Below, piece after piece: positions 47,429 to 59,437 of a stretch of 64,000 nt of DNA. The position numbers were made by a program, and so were the translations under genes. The stretch covers positions 1,421,780 through 1,485,779 of the forward strand of contig JAHDYR010000012.1 of the NCBI GenBank assembly GCA_019828565.1. The letters run 5' to 3'. Position 1 is the stretch's first letter. The number at the start of each line of letters is the position of its first letter. The notes under the pieces were generated by a model that made no database searches, was not told the origin of the DNA, and saw only the letters and a program-made list of their open reading frames with translations. This stretch comes from Carpediemonas membranifera BICM (taxonomy: Eukaryota > Protista > Fornicata).

Positions 47429-48661
47429 ATGTCGGACGTTAGTGCACAGATTACGCAGATGTTGGCACTACTTGACGATGAGAAGGCCCGAACGGCCTTC
47501 AAACGGTTCCTCAACCGTTATCTCGATCGCGAGCGCTTCTTCCCTACGGTCAGCGAATACCACGCTTTGTTCCGCGCCGACACTGCCCGTGGCGCGAGTG
47601 TTGCACCCGCTGCCTCTACTGAGGGTCTTGAAAGCGCTCCCGAGGCCTCTCGCTCGCCTACGCCTTCTCCCAGTAACGACGCCGGCACGGGAGGCGACGA
47701 CGTGCTTGGCGAGAGCTCTCGGCCCACCCATCAGGATAGTTCGGGCGAGATTGAGGCTGTGCCGAGCGATGATGACTCCCGACCGACGGGTGGTGACAAC
47801 TCGGGTTCGGACCAGGAAACGACTGCGCACTTCTCACTGGAGGAGATGATCACGGCTGTTGCTGATGCTGGCCTGAGCTACATCACCTTGGACGTCGCTG
47901 GCACCCTGGCCGCGCTCCGTGCCGGTATGCTCTACGCATACGGGCACCTCACGGTGACCGAAACCTCTTCGGTCGTGGCCCGTGACATCTGTCGCGACGG
48001 TCTCGTGCTGTTAGCTCTATCACGTGAGTACCACACCCGGGCTGTGCTGGGTCGAACCGGTGATCCGACCGATCAAGATCTGGTGACTTTGCACCTCAGA
48101 CGGCTCGACGTGAACTCGCGCACGCTCTGTCATCAGGAGCTGCGTGAGCGGATTCAGCTTCTCTCGGGACGAGGTTATACGGTCATGACACCTCACCTGC
48201 GCCGGGCCATCATGTTGGGTAATGACCCCGACCTGTATGACATGATGATCGTTGGTCACGCTCAGGGCATTCTTGACTCTGCCGACGTGCGGGAGTTCAG
48301 TCGCCAATACATCGAGGCGATCCGGACCCCCACCGGCTTCGGTCATGTGCGTCATTCCCTGATGGACAATTTCCAGTTCGTCATCGACGGTGATAATGTT
48401 CTTCCGGTCGCGCTCGACTATAACGAGCCACGCCGCTTATACGAGTTGACGGCGATCGTTGGCTACCGCTTGCATGAGGGCTCCCTTCGTCTGCTCGTGC
48501 ACTACGCTCGGCGCGAGTACAGCTCGATTGTCAAGGCGACCGAGACTATCCGTGACAGTCAGGCTGGGGTCAAGTTCTTCGCTGCTCATCCCGAGTTGGT
48601 TCGATACTGCACCCGGTCTGAGGACGCGAAGGGTGCTCTCTGCGGTGGTGTTTTGGAATAA
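47429..48661 (+). CDS. antisense accessory ORF of element B with C-terminal chromodomain-like segment
   Basis: About 410 aa intact ORF between pol and the 3' LTR; YELTAIVGYR...LLVHY. Confidence 0.7.
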   Translation: MSDVSAQITQMLALLDDEKARTAFKRFLNRYLDRERFFPTVSEYHALFRADTARGASVAPAASTEGLESAPEASRSPTPSPSNDAGTGGDDVLGESSRPTHQDSSGEIEAVPSDDDSRPTGGDNSGSDQETTAHFSLEEMITAVADAGLSYITLDVAGTLAALRAGMLYAYGHLTVTETSSVVARDICRDGLVLLALSREYHTRAVLGRTGDPTDQDLVTLHLRRLDVNSRTLCHQELRERIQLLSGRGYTVMTPHLRRAIMLGNDPDLYDMMIVGHAQGILDSADVREFSRQYIEAIRTPTGFGHVRHSLMDNFQFVIDGDNVLPVALDYNEPRRLYELTAIVGYRLHEGSLRLLVHYARREYSSIVKATETIRDSQAGVKFFAAHPELVRYCTRSEDAKGALCGGVLE

Positions 48662-48694
48662 GATAAATGTCTGAACTGAGGCTCTGCTGAAGAT

Positions 48695-51600
48695 TTACAG
48701 ACCGGCTTGCCTAGCCTCGTCTGACTTCAGGTATACGTCTAGTGCCTCAAGGTCCTTAACTGACGAATAGTCTTGCCAGGTGGCCTCTTCGTCCTCACAC
48801 CCGGCCCAGTGGACGAGGTATTCCCGTTTGGACATCGGGCCTCGACCCCGAGATCGGCTGATTCGCTCGACTTCCCACTCGTCGTCAGCCGTTGCTGCGA
48901 GTGCTTTGATCTGGTCCTCTGTCAGTCTGCCTGGATTGAACTTCCGAACTCTCGATGCGTCTACCGTGATCGCTTTCGAGTTGTCCTTCTCGGACAGGTC
49001 TAGGACCTTATACGCGACAACGACACCGTGTTGTTTCACTCCGGCGAGCCTTCGCATTGGTCCTCTCCATCCAGGTGACAACTTGTTCGGAGGTCTAGAG
49101 GGGTACTTGACCAGGACGAATCTGCTAATGATCTCGTTTCTCGATGCGGTGGCCTTGGCGAGTGCGTCCTCTCTCATTGCTTGAACTCGGCTGCTGGCGA
49201 GCTGGATAGCTGCTGCGGCCGCCTCTCTGTGGGACTCGCTCGCGCTCGCGGTACTGGAATCGGTCACATACACGTTCTGTGGTATCCTCAGGTCGTATCC
49301 GAGTACTATCTCGGCTGGAGACAGACGTGTTGCCGTGCGCGGTGATGAATTGACGATGAACTGGGCGACAGGTAAATTCTCGATCCAGGTTGACCCTCTG
49401 AGCTGGAACTTGCGTGCCTTAAGGATGCGTAGCACCTGCTGGTTGGCGCGCTCTACCATCCCATTGGATTGCGGGTGGTGAGCCGTGGTAATATGGATCT
49501 TGAACCCCATCTCATCTGCGATGCGCTTGAAGAGTTGGTTCTTGAACTCTGGTCCTCCGTCGGATTGGAGAACCTCAGGGCACCCGAAGCGCAATATCCA
49601 GTTGTTGACGAGGGCGTCTGCTGCTGCCGCGCCGGTGGTACTCGAAGACGCGACTAGCTCCGTCCACCGACTGCACATGTCGATCATGACTGTAATGTAA
49701 GCTTTGCCGTCGACGGCTGGGAACGGCCCCATCGTGTCGACTGCCACCCTACGGAACGGGCGATCTACGGCTGTGTGCAATCCTGCTGGGCTGTCAACCG
49801 GGAGGCGTCTAATCACCTGGCACACCGGGCAGTTTTCGATGACCTTGTTGACCGTCTCACGCGACACTGACTTGCCTTGGTCTTTGAGTCGTTCAGTTAC
49901 AACGCGTCGTGATAAGTGGGCCCCAGCGGTGAGGTGCTCTGCTTCGACGTCGCCTTCTGATGCAGGCTGTATGACGTACACTCGCGATAAGCCGTCAGCC
50001 CCACCGTTATCGAGGCCGGCTACGTGCTTGACGTCGAAGTCCATGTCGGACATAGCCTCAGCCCATCTGCGGACCTTGGCGTTAGTCGACTTGTACATGT
50101 AAATTAGGTTGCGATGGTCAGTGAGCAGGGTAAACTTCCCCCAGGAGAGGTACTTGTTCCACCGCTTGATAGCAGCTACGATGGCGAATGCTTCCTTCTC
50201 ACCGACGGACCACCGCGATTGCACTTGTTCGAAGGCCTTGCTCATAAAGCAGACGGGTTGACCTTCTTGCAACAGCACCGCGCCATAACCTACTCCTGAT
50301 GCATCGGTCATGATGGTGTGCTCCTTGGACGCATCGAAGATGGCGAGTGCTTCTGCTTGGGCGAGCAGTGTCTTGACTTTGCGTAATGCTTGCTCTTGCT
50401 CGTCGCCTCCCAGCGGGATCTTGGCGGCCATCGCTTGTGTCAAGGGGTGAACGACTTCTGCGAACCCGGGGACGTGGTCCCGGAAGTAGTTGAGGAACCC
50501 GACGAGCGCTTGCATTCCTTTGACTGACTTGGGCATTTCGAGATCGAGGATGTCTTGAATGCGGTCTGCTGCGATGCGTTGACAACCATGGGATATGACC
50601 CTGCCCAGGAACTCGACCTCGGCCCTCGAAAACTGGCATTTGTCACGGTTGAGCTGTAACTTGACCTGTCGGGTGCGCTGCAGAACGCTCTCGAGGTTTC
50701 TGAGGTAGTCTTCCTCGTCTTCCCCGAAGACGATGATATCGTCGATATATATGTAACACGCGTGACCGACCAGTTCGGCGAACGCTGACTCCATGGCGCG
50801 CTGGAAGTGGGCACCCGCGTTCCTCAGCCCGAACGGCATTCTGGTATATTGGTATTGACCGAGGATGGTAGTGAATGCGGTGTACTTCCTGCAGCGTTTG
50901 GTCAGCTCGACCTGGTGATACCCAGATGACAGATCTAATGTGGCGAAGATCTTCTTGTTCGGTAGTTGGGCGATCACCTCGTCGATCATCGGAATCGGGT
51001 AGTCGAAGGTGGGGGTGATCTCATTGATCTGCCGGAAATCCACCACGAAGCGCGACTTCCCGCCCTTCTTCGGCACCGTCATGGCTGGGGATGCGTATGG
51101 AGAGTTGCTCTTCTCAATAAAACCCTTAAGGGACAGCTCGTCAATGTGCTCCCGTATAATGTCTACCTTGGCTGGCGGGACGAAGTATGGTCTAGCGTTG
51201 ACTACACGGTCTTCGCGCAGTATGAGGTCGTAAGGCTCAAGGCGGCTAGGTTCGCTCCGGTCCTCGAACACGTCGCTGTAACGTCTTATGAGCTTGGCTT
51301 GTCGGTCGACGCTGGTCTGTGACATGGTGAAGAGTGGAGCCTGGTACTTGTACACGTCTGGAATCTCGACCTCGTCATCGTCACGCTCGTCGGCGTATGC
51401 CTGGGGAAGGATTCCCAACGACACCATGTCGGGGTAGCCGATAATCATGTCGAATTCCGTGTCGAGGAGCAGCATACGTGGCTTGTAGCTGCACGCCTTG
51501 GGTGTAAACGCCGAAGGTAACAGTCTCACGTCCCCCTCGACTGCGCCTTGTGCATGGAGGATCCCCTTGTTGGCGGTACGTATCGGAATAATCTCAGAGC

Positions 51601-52624
51601 TAACTCTGGGCAGCTTGGACGCCCACGTGCTCTTAATAACGGTGACTCCGGCGCCTGAATCAAGGAGAGCGGAGAGACTATGGCCATTGATCTGGACTTT
51701 GATCAGCGGCACGGACGACTTGGACTCAGTCTTCCCAGTAGACTGAGATGACTCGTTCTTAGACTTGTCGGAACTCAAAACACACAAGCACTTGGAGGAT
51801 TTACAGTAATCCTCCAGGTGGCCGAGACGGCCACACTTCTTGCAGGTGTGTTTGGCCTTCTGCACTTAAACACGGAATGGCCTCTTCCCCCGCAGTTGTA
51901 GCAGGTGTAACCCGAGTAGTCTTTTGCGGGTCTCTCCTTTTTGATCGTCTTGGGCTTGAGATCCTTCTCAGAGGAGGGCTTCTTCGGGGGTGAAGGGAGC
52001 GTCGTGTCTGCGCTCTTGACGAGATGAGGCGGTTTGACGAGAGGGAGCGTCCTCGAACGCGCTCAGCAGGTTGCGCGACTCTTGGACTTCACGTGCTAGG
52101 GCTAGGACCGCGGGCATGGCCTTCTCCAGAGGCTGATCCTCGATGAGCTCTTGAATGCGGTACATGGCCTTGGGGTTACTCTTGAAGGCACGAGTATACG
52201 TCTCTTTGAGGTTGTCCTCGTTGAGCGACTTCCCATCGAAGAGGGACAGGAGGAGGGTGAACTTCCGGTTGATACGTGCTACCTGCACCGTGTCGAAACT
52301 GTTGGCGCGCAGGCGGAAGAGCTGGAGGCGTGAAGTCTTCGCGCGCGGTTGAAGGGCTTGGCCGAGCCGCTTGAGGGTCCTTTGATCCTTGAGATCGCGA
52401 ATGTTCTTCTTTGAGGCTATAAGAGGGGTATGCTCGTCGCTATCGTCAGGATCAGTGTCCAGAATGGTCGTAATGAGGTCTTGAACCGCGCTATCGATGA
52501 GATCGGTGATATCTCGATGGCCTCCATAGGCCCGATAGTCTCGGAAGGCCTCGGCGAATGCGATCAGTGCCTCTACTGAAGGAATTGTTAGTAGAGGCGG
52601 GATTAAGCGTTTCTTATCGTTCAT
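48695..52624 (-). CDS. gag-pol of element B (frameshifts in the gag region near 51970 and 51865)
   Basis: LLDSGA, IYIDD, MTDASG, VAVDTMGP, QSDGGPEF, NGMVER, YLVHWAG...ATWQ chromodomain. Confidence 0.95.
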
Positions 52625-53806
52625 GGAAGGAATTTCTAGAAATGTAGTCCGTTTAGGACAAGAACACTTTATGAGGAAAAGAGACGACACCAAAAGTGTC
52701 GACAGAAACCTGAAGACTATGTAAATAATGTTACTATGTAAATATTGGGTAAGACCCACGACACTGGAAGTAATTCTGAAATTGCAATACCAACACAAGT
52801 TATATTTCTGAAAACCGAATACACGGTGATACTGTTATCTATTAGCTCCAGTAGGGACCCAGGCCAGGTTTTGTACACCCTACCCGCTTGCCTCGGAATT
52901 CGGACATGCCGAAATTCTGAAATTCGAATACCACCGCCCATTTTTGACGTATGAGATCAGTATCCCATGCCAAACCTCAGGACGGCATTGTGTACCTTGT
53001 CCTGCCCTGTATCCATTAGATAACCACCCACTTTCCTTTCACAATGTGCATTTTATGCTCGCAACGAGACCGAAATGAGGATCTTAAGAATAGAAAGAAT
53101 ACTGGCGGCTTTAACGTAGTAGGCATGCACATATCACTAAGAAACATCAGTAAGCGAGCGCAGAGCATCATTAAAGCAACAATTATCCCTAAACAACATC
53201 AACAACTATAAGTCCACTAGGACCATACGATATGAACTATAAATGAACCACAGAGCAGTATAGATGATTTGAGAGTACCAGGCATGGCCAGAATACCGCA
53301 ATACTCGCCCGTTGATCCACGTGACCTCCATCTTGGTCGGTATCCAGAGAACGCCCGTCAGACGCTTGCAACGGAACATTTAGGGGGTGCATCCTGAATA
53401 GGGCCAGATTTGAGGGACCCTTGGTCTGATATGTCATGACCGAGTTCTCTAGGGGCCTCCACAGTGCGTCCCGAGGTACGTTAGAGCACCACAGACCTTC
53501 CCCCAAAAGCTGACTCCTGGACCCCTTGGCCGGAGCTCGCCCGAAGCGTGCCTCGGCTTGAACTAACGGCAAGAGAGCATAAAATCAGCCCTTTCGAACC
53601 GTGTTTTATGCTCTGCTGCCGTTATAGAATTATTCAAAGGGCCCTCTCTTTGCGCTTTTTTCTGGTTCGTGGGACGAAGTAGGGACGGACAAAAAAGCAC
53701 ATACGGAAGGTATTGGAGGTACTGAGGCCGCCTAGGTACATAGTTGCCGTGTGGATGGTTTCAGTTTATTAAGGAGGAGCTCCAGGATAAGTTGAAGAAG
53801 CAGTTT

Positions 53807-55676
53807 ATGGCACTCGCCGGACCAAGAAGTTCCAAGAAGCTGAAGCATATCGTGTATAGCCAGGAGAAGCGCAAGGCGCGTAAGGCCATTATTGAGGCCA
53901 TTGACGCCGAGGAGAAGGACAAGGGCAAGGGCAAGGCCGAGAGCGCTAAGAAAGAACCCGTCGACGATGAGAGTGGCGTGGACAGTGGTGAAGAGAGCGG
54001 CGTCGACGATTCTGAGTTGTGCGACAGTGAGAGTGAGGTGGACTTTGACAACGAGTCCGACGATGAGATTAGAGAACGCGCGATCAAGCGCCGGCGCGAG
54101 AGAAAGATCGCCCAGAAGCTCAAGGAGTGGGAGGACAATAACGCTCGCAACTACGTCCTGTGGCATAGAGTCCAGAAGGAGGTGCACGGCGAGCTTCGCA
54201 TTCGCGCCTCTCGAGAGTCAGCTTCGGTTGCTGGGGACAACCACGTCGACGTCCAGTTCGACAGATACCTTCGCGTATCCAAGCTGCTCGAAATGAAGGA
54301 CTGGATTCACAAAGACCTCCCATCTCTTCCGATGGAGGCACGAGTGCTCCATCACAAGGCGCAGAAGAGAGTACTCGAGCTGGAGGAGACCGTCACGAGG
54401 CTGCTGCAAGACGTGGGGTACGCAGCTGACATCTCCATGGGTGCCAGCCCGACACCCGCGCCGTTTCGCCGCGACCTACCCCAGTCGGGCACACACCAAG
54501 CACGAACGAGTACCCCCCGCCGTACGGGGGAAGAGCGACACAATCCACATGAAGCGCAAGGCCCTCATGACAATCCCTCAGAAGATCGCTGATGTCGATA
54601 GCAACTCAGAGGAGTCAGACGAGGAGGAGATGGTGACAGAGGAGAAGAAGCGCGAGGCACACGAGGAGGTGGTGACAGAGGAGAGGAAGGGTGAGTCACA
54701 TGAGGAGGACGTGACCAAATGCGACGCCTGCATCCAGGCTGAGCCCGAGAAGGCCAGGCCAGAGGACTCGGAGGAGGAGTCAGAGGAGGAAGAGGAGCCA
54801 GTGGAGGAGGGTGAGGCAGAGGAGGAGGAGCAGGAGGACGAGATGGCTGAGTCAGAGGTGAATGCAGAGTCAGAGGAGAAGCGTGAGGCAGATAAGGAGC
54901 AAGAGGCAGACAACGAGGTGGCATTCGAGGCTGAGTCGGACGTTGAATATGTCCAGGTCGACCACGTCGACCCAGCTTCCGAGCAGATGAGGAGCAGGGA
55001 AGTCAAGTTTAGAGTTGACGTCGCCAATCAGCTGGAGAAGAGCAAGCAGTGGGTCAGATACAAAACCCTACCCCACGGCAACTGCATAACACACTGCCTC
55101 ATGATGATCGAGGGCGTCACGGAGCCTCATGCGTTCAAGAGCTGGGAGACGATGACGAATGAAGAGCAGTGTGCAGTGGAGACGAAGGCGGACAACTACC
55201 GCGAGCAGATATACAAGGAAGCGATAGAGATGAACCGGCGGGCCACTCCGGGGTACAGGCGGCCCGAGGAGGGTCTCCGGGACGAACTTTTCCATGAAGT
55301 GTGCAGTGTACACACTGTCACGGAGGAGGGCAACATCGGTAAGCCAATCATGCAGGAGAAGTGGTTGACTCAGTGGGCTGTTGAAGCCTGGTGCTCAATG
55401 ACTGGAAAGTCCGTTGCATACCTCCATGTTGTCCGGGATTTTGACCCAAAGATCGATCCAGTCGTCGGCATGTACGTTTTTAGCAAGTCTGAGGAGGGCA
55501 AGGTGACACATGTCGCGTTTAAGCCCAACGAAAACGGCCAGAGCGCCCTGGCGTGTTTTGCCCAACAGTGTCGCGAGTGGAAAATCGAGTATGCGGTCGA
55601 AGTGACAAGGGGACACGCCACTCTGCGCAAGGTTCCTCCCGGGCTGAAGAGGAGGAGATGGTCAGTGAAGAAGTAA
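53807..55676 (+). CDS. acidic/coiled-coil protein with C-terminal OTU-like protease (probably one gene, frameshift near 54450)
   Basis: TLPHGNC...WLTQWAVEAWCS...GHATL aligns with the C-terminus of 24954-27129. Confidence 0.65.
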
Positions 55677-56159
55677 GAGTAAAGGATTGATATACCGACC
55701 GTATCGCTTATGTTTATGTGACCTTGAGGTTGATTCGCGGTTTGTAGGTGGGTATGGTGCTATATTACTCAGCCTGCTGTATATGTCTAGTCTACAGCCT
55801 GTATGCAGCTGTCTGTGGTGGTAAATATCGTCGGCTGGCCGAGAAAGCATAAACTGCACACTTGTGCATTCGAGTACAGTGACGAAATCCCTCAATATGC
55901 TACCAGCAGTGCACTTAATAACCAATATCAACGCCGAAACGCGTGTAGTTTGGAGCCGTCCAGTTTTTTGCGCTAGTAATGCCTCCAAAACCCTTTTAAT
56001 CAACATCATCTTCTGTTATCGACCATGTCAACGAGAATGATCAGAATAAACGACGATTTGGCACTGAATGAACCTTGTAATGAGACTGGTCAAGCCTGTG
56101 GACACGAAAACAGCTCTCAATAACAACATCAAGAAGGCAAGACATGAAGATGGTTTAAA

Positions 56160-57222
56160 TGGAGGAGAGCCCCAGGGGAAGAGAGCCGGGGGGAAGAGCG
56201 CCCGGGGGAAGAGAGCCCCACGAGAGCCCCCGGGGGAAGAGCGCCCGGAGGAAGAGAGCCCCAGGGGAAGAGCCCCCGGGGGAAGAGCGCCCGGAGGAAG
56301 AGAGCCCCAGGAGAGCCACAGGGGAAGAGAGCCGGGGGGAAGAGCCCCAGGAGAGCCCCGGGGGAAGAGCGCCCGGAGGAAGAGAGCCCCAGGGGAAGAG
56401 AGCCGGGGGGAAGAGCCCCAGGAGAGCCCCCGGGGGAAGAGCGCCGGGGGGAAGAGCCCCAGGAGAGCCACAGGGGAAGAGAGCCGGGGGGAAGAGCGCC
56501 CGGAGGAAGAGAGCCCCAGGAGAGCCCCAGGGGAAGAGAGCCCCAGGAGAGCCACAGGGGAAGAGAGCCGGGGGGAAGAGCGCCCGGAGGAAGAGAGCCC
56601 CAGGAGAGCCCCAGGGGAAGAGAGCCGGGGGGAAGAGAGCCCCAGGAGAGCCGGGGGGAAGAGCCCCAGGAGAGCCCCCGGGGGAAGAGCGCCCGGAGGA
56701 AGAGAGCCCCAGGAGAGCCCCCGGGGGAAGAGCGCCGGGGGGAAGAGCCCCAGGAGAGCCCCAGGGGAAGAGAGCCGGGGGGAAGAGCCCCAGGAGAGCC
56801 CCAGGGAAGAGCGCCAGGGGAAGAGAGCCCCAGGAGAGCCCCCGGGGGAAGAGCGCCCGGAGGAAGAGAGCCCCAGGAGAGCCCCAGGGGAAGAGAGCCG
56901 GGGGGAAGAGAGCCCCAGGAGAGCCGGGGGGAAGAGCCCCAGGAGAGCCCCCGGGGGAAGAGCGCCCGGAGGAAGAGAGCCCCAGGAGAGCCCCCGGGGG
57001 AAGAGCGCCGGGGGAAGAGAGCCCCAGGAGAGCCCCAGGGGAAGAGAGCCGGGGGAAGAGCCCCAGGAGAGCCCCAGGGGAAGAGCGCCAGGGGGAAGAG
57101 AGCCCCAGGAGAGCCCCCGGGGGAAGAGCGCCCGGAGGAAGAGAGCCCCAGGAGAGCCCCAGGGGAAGAGAGCCGGGGGGAAGAGCCCCAGGAGAGCCAC
57201 CGGGGGGAGAGCACGGGGGAGA
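56160..57222 (+). repeat. T-free G/A/C minisatellite (GAGAGCCCCAGGGGAA-type units)
   Basis: About 1.06 kb of variant units with essentially no T on the + strand. Confidence 0.95.
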
Positions 57223-57651
57223 GAGCATATTGGGGCCCCGAAAACGCCAGCACCAGCGCAAGTAAGCTATTCTATTACAAAATGCTTCACTTGCGCTGGT
57301 ACTACAGCGTTTTCGGGGCCCTTTGCCCATCTTTCGTTGTCTGATTTTTTTTCGTGCAGAATTCAAACGAGTGCCGCCTGGAAGAGGCTGAGCAGCGGAG
57401 CTAGGCACCTGCGGCACCACTCGTCTGGCCCAGCTCCCGGGTATGCTCCAGAAAATTCTGGTGCAGATTTGGGAGCAGAAATGTCGACGAACCCCGAAAA
57501 CGCCATAACCGGCACCAGTGAGCGCATCTTCGTTGATGAAGCTCATTGGTGTTGGCATTATGGCGTTTTCGGGGTTCGATACTGTACTCGTGGCCTGAGG
57601 CGCCCGCACAGCGCCACCACGCCAGCAGCAGCGCCCTCACATGCCTGATGC

Positions 57652-57772
57652 CCTCATCCTGGCGCCCTCATCCTGGCGCACTCATCCCTGGCGCCCTCAT
57701 CCTGGCGCACTCATCCCTGGCGCCTCATCCCTGGCGCCCTAATCCCTGGCGCCTCATTTCTGGCGCCCTCAT
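57652..57772 (+). repeat. CTCATCC(C)TGGCGC tandem repeat
   Basis: About 8 units of 14-16 bp. Confidence 0.85.
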
Positions 57773-59437
57773 CGCAGCGCCCACACAGCACCCCTACGCC
57801 AGCGCCCTCTGCGCCACGACGTTACCGCCCTCTGCGCCACACCCACACCGCAACCGCCAGCCCCACGCCAGCCCCGCATCACCGGCGCCCTCAACAGCAA
57901 GTTCCATCATCCACATCACTCCTTAACAACATCAACGACTCGCCTACCACCGACAGCGATGGCGAAGTCTGCGTTGATGTCGCCAGTGCCAACCCAGTTG
58001 GCATACGCGTCGCAATGAATGTAAATGTTTACGTGTTCTCTTCGTACCTTCTATCGTCCAGGATCTGCTTTCAGACGTCCATGAGCGATCATCCCTTATC
58101 CTGCGGAGCAGCCCAACATCAGCTCCAGCGGTTCAGAGCATGCGTACAATGCTTCCGGGGCATGTAGAGTGATCGTGTAGGAGCTTTATGACGATTCCAG
58201 GACGTGGAGTTCAGGAATACGTCCGTATTACCCAGCAAGTTTCATCATCTCCATTATTGCTGCAGTATTCAAAGTAAACGCGAACAACACGATCTATCTC
58301 CATTCATTGGCGCCTCGAGGAGCGCTTCAGTCCCTCTAGAGCGTGCGTCAGCAGCATTTCGATCGAGATTAAAAATCACCCGAATTCTAGCTCTGTTCTG
58401 GCCGCTGCAGGCACCGCTGGGCGCGATAGAGCTCGGAGCGGCGTTGTCTGCCAAAAAGAGCATATTGCTCCCGGTGAAAATTGAACCCACGATCAGGAGA
58501 CTGGGTAGCAAAGTCTCTTCCCTCTATACTATGAATTATGGGAAATCCGCTCTTATTAGGCTTCCTACAGGGAATATAGGCCATTTTGGAGGTATGAGCG
58601 ACTGGGAGGGGGAGTTTGGGGGACATTTACGGTGTGGCTGGAGTCTACTCGGGCAGACTATTATAACGAGGCTCAGATCAGACCTCTACGGCAGCTATAC
58701 GAGGAGAAACGAGCCAAGCAGCGCGCTAGCGGCCCATGGCTGCAGCAGCGCCCAGCCAAGCTCAGCTATAGGGTCACCAGAGACCCCAAATGACGTGCTG
58801 ATCAGGTCGACTCCCATCTATTGACTTGGTAATTGCAGAGGCCGTCTGAACGCGATGTCCTAATAACCGACTTGGTCGGAGCGGTTCGGCGATGACTCCT
58901 CTGTATTCCACGCCTTCTTCTGATGCCGAAACATGCAGTCCTTTTGAGTCAACGCGCGTCCTGTCCGTCAGGCATGAAGGGCATTCAGCAGAGGCATTGC
59001 TGCGGGCTGCAGGCCGCCCTAGCGCTTCAGGATGGCCAACTGCATGATCTGGACCCATGTCTATCAAATCCATTTTGATCACATCAAACGTGTGTCAAAT
59101 CCGGCAAATCGATTTTGCGATAAAAAAAGGGGCAGAGGGGAGGAAGCGACCCATAAGGCGTACCTATGGACCATTTCCTCCACCCTGCCCGTTTTTTGAG
59201 TCTCAACTCTCAATTCGAATTTGTCCCTATGTTACTTTTTTCTAGCAGGATTTAAAGTTTGATACTGCGCATGCGTATTGCTTAGGTATAGCCAAGTACT
59301 ACCATACCACTTTGAAGATCCAGCTCCGGCTCATCGTCGAGTTCATTTTTTCTTGCAACCGTAGATTATCTAGCTTTTTGAGGTCGAAGATAATCTAGGG
59401 TTTAGCAAAGATAATCTAGGGATGTTGACAGTATGAC

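Larger units (their letters stand above)
46654..52763 (-). mobile_element. full-length Ty3/gypsy chromovirus-like LTR retrotransposon B
   Basis: Apparently identical 121-bp LTRs (46654-46774, 52643-52763), CTGG TSD, PPT GGAGGGGCGG. Confidence 0.96.
44322..59435. mobile_element. 15.1-kb non-autonomous TIR DNA transposon E (CATACTG ends)
   Basis: 75-bp TIRs (44322-44396, 59361-59435, one mismatch), AC TSD; excision restores EQSAARVRMAN in the transposase. Confidence 0.95.

Noticed and set aside
56028-57648. Five long ORFs (368-526 aa) on both strands
   Set aside because: They are stop-free only because the minisatellite lacks T on one strand and A on the other
57652-57772. CRISPR-like array
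   Set aside because: Tandem units without unique spacers, eukaryotic context, no cas genes
57900-59300. ORFs near the right end of element E as its transposase
   Set aside because: No motifs or protein-like composition; looks like subterminal non-coding DNA
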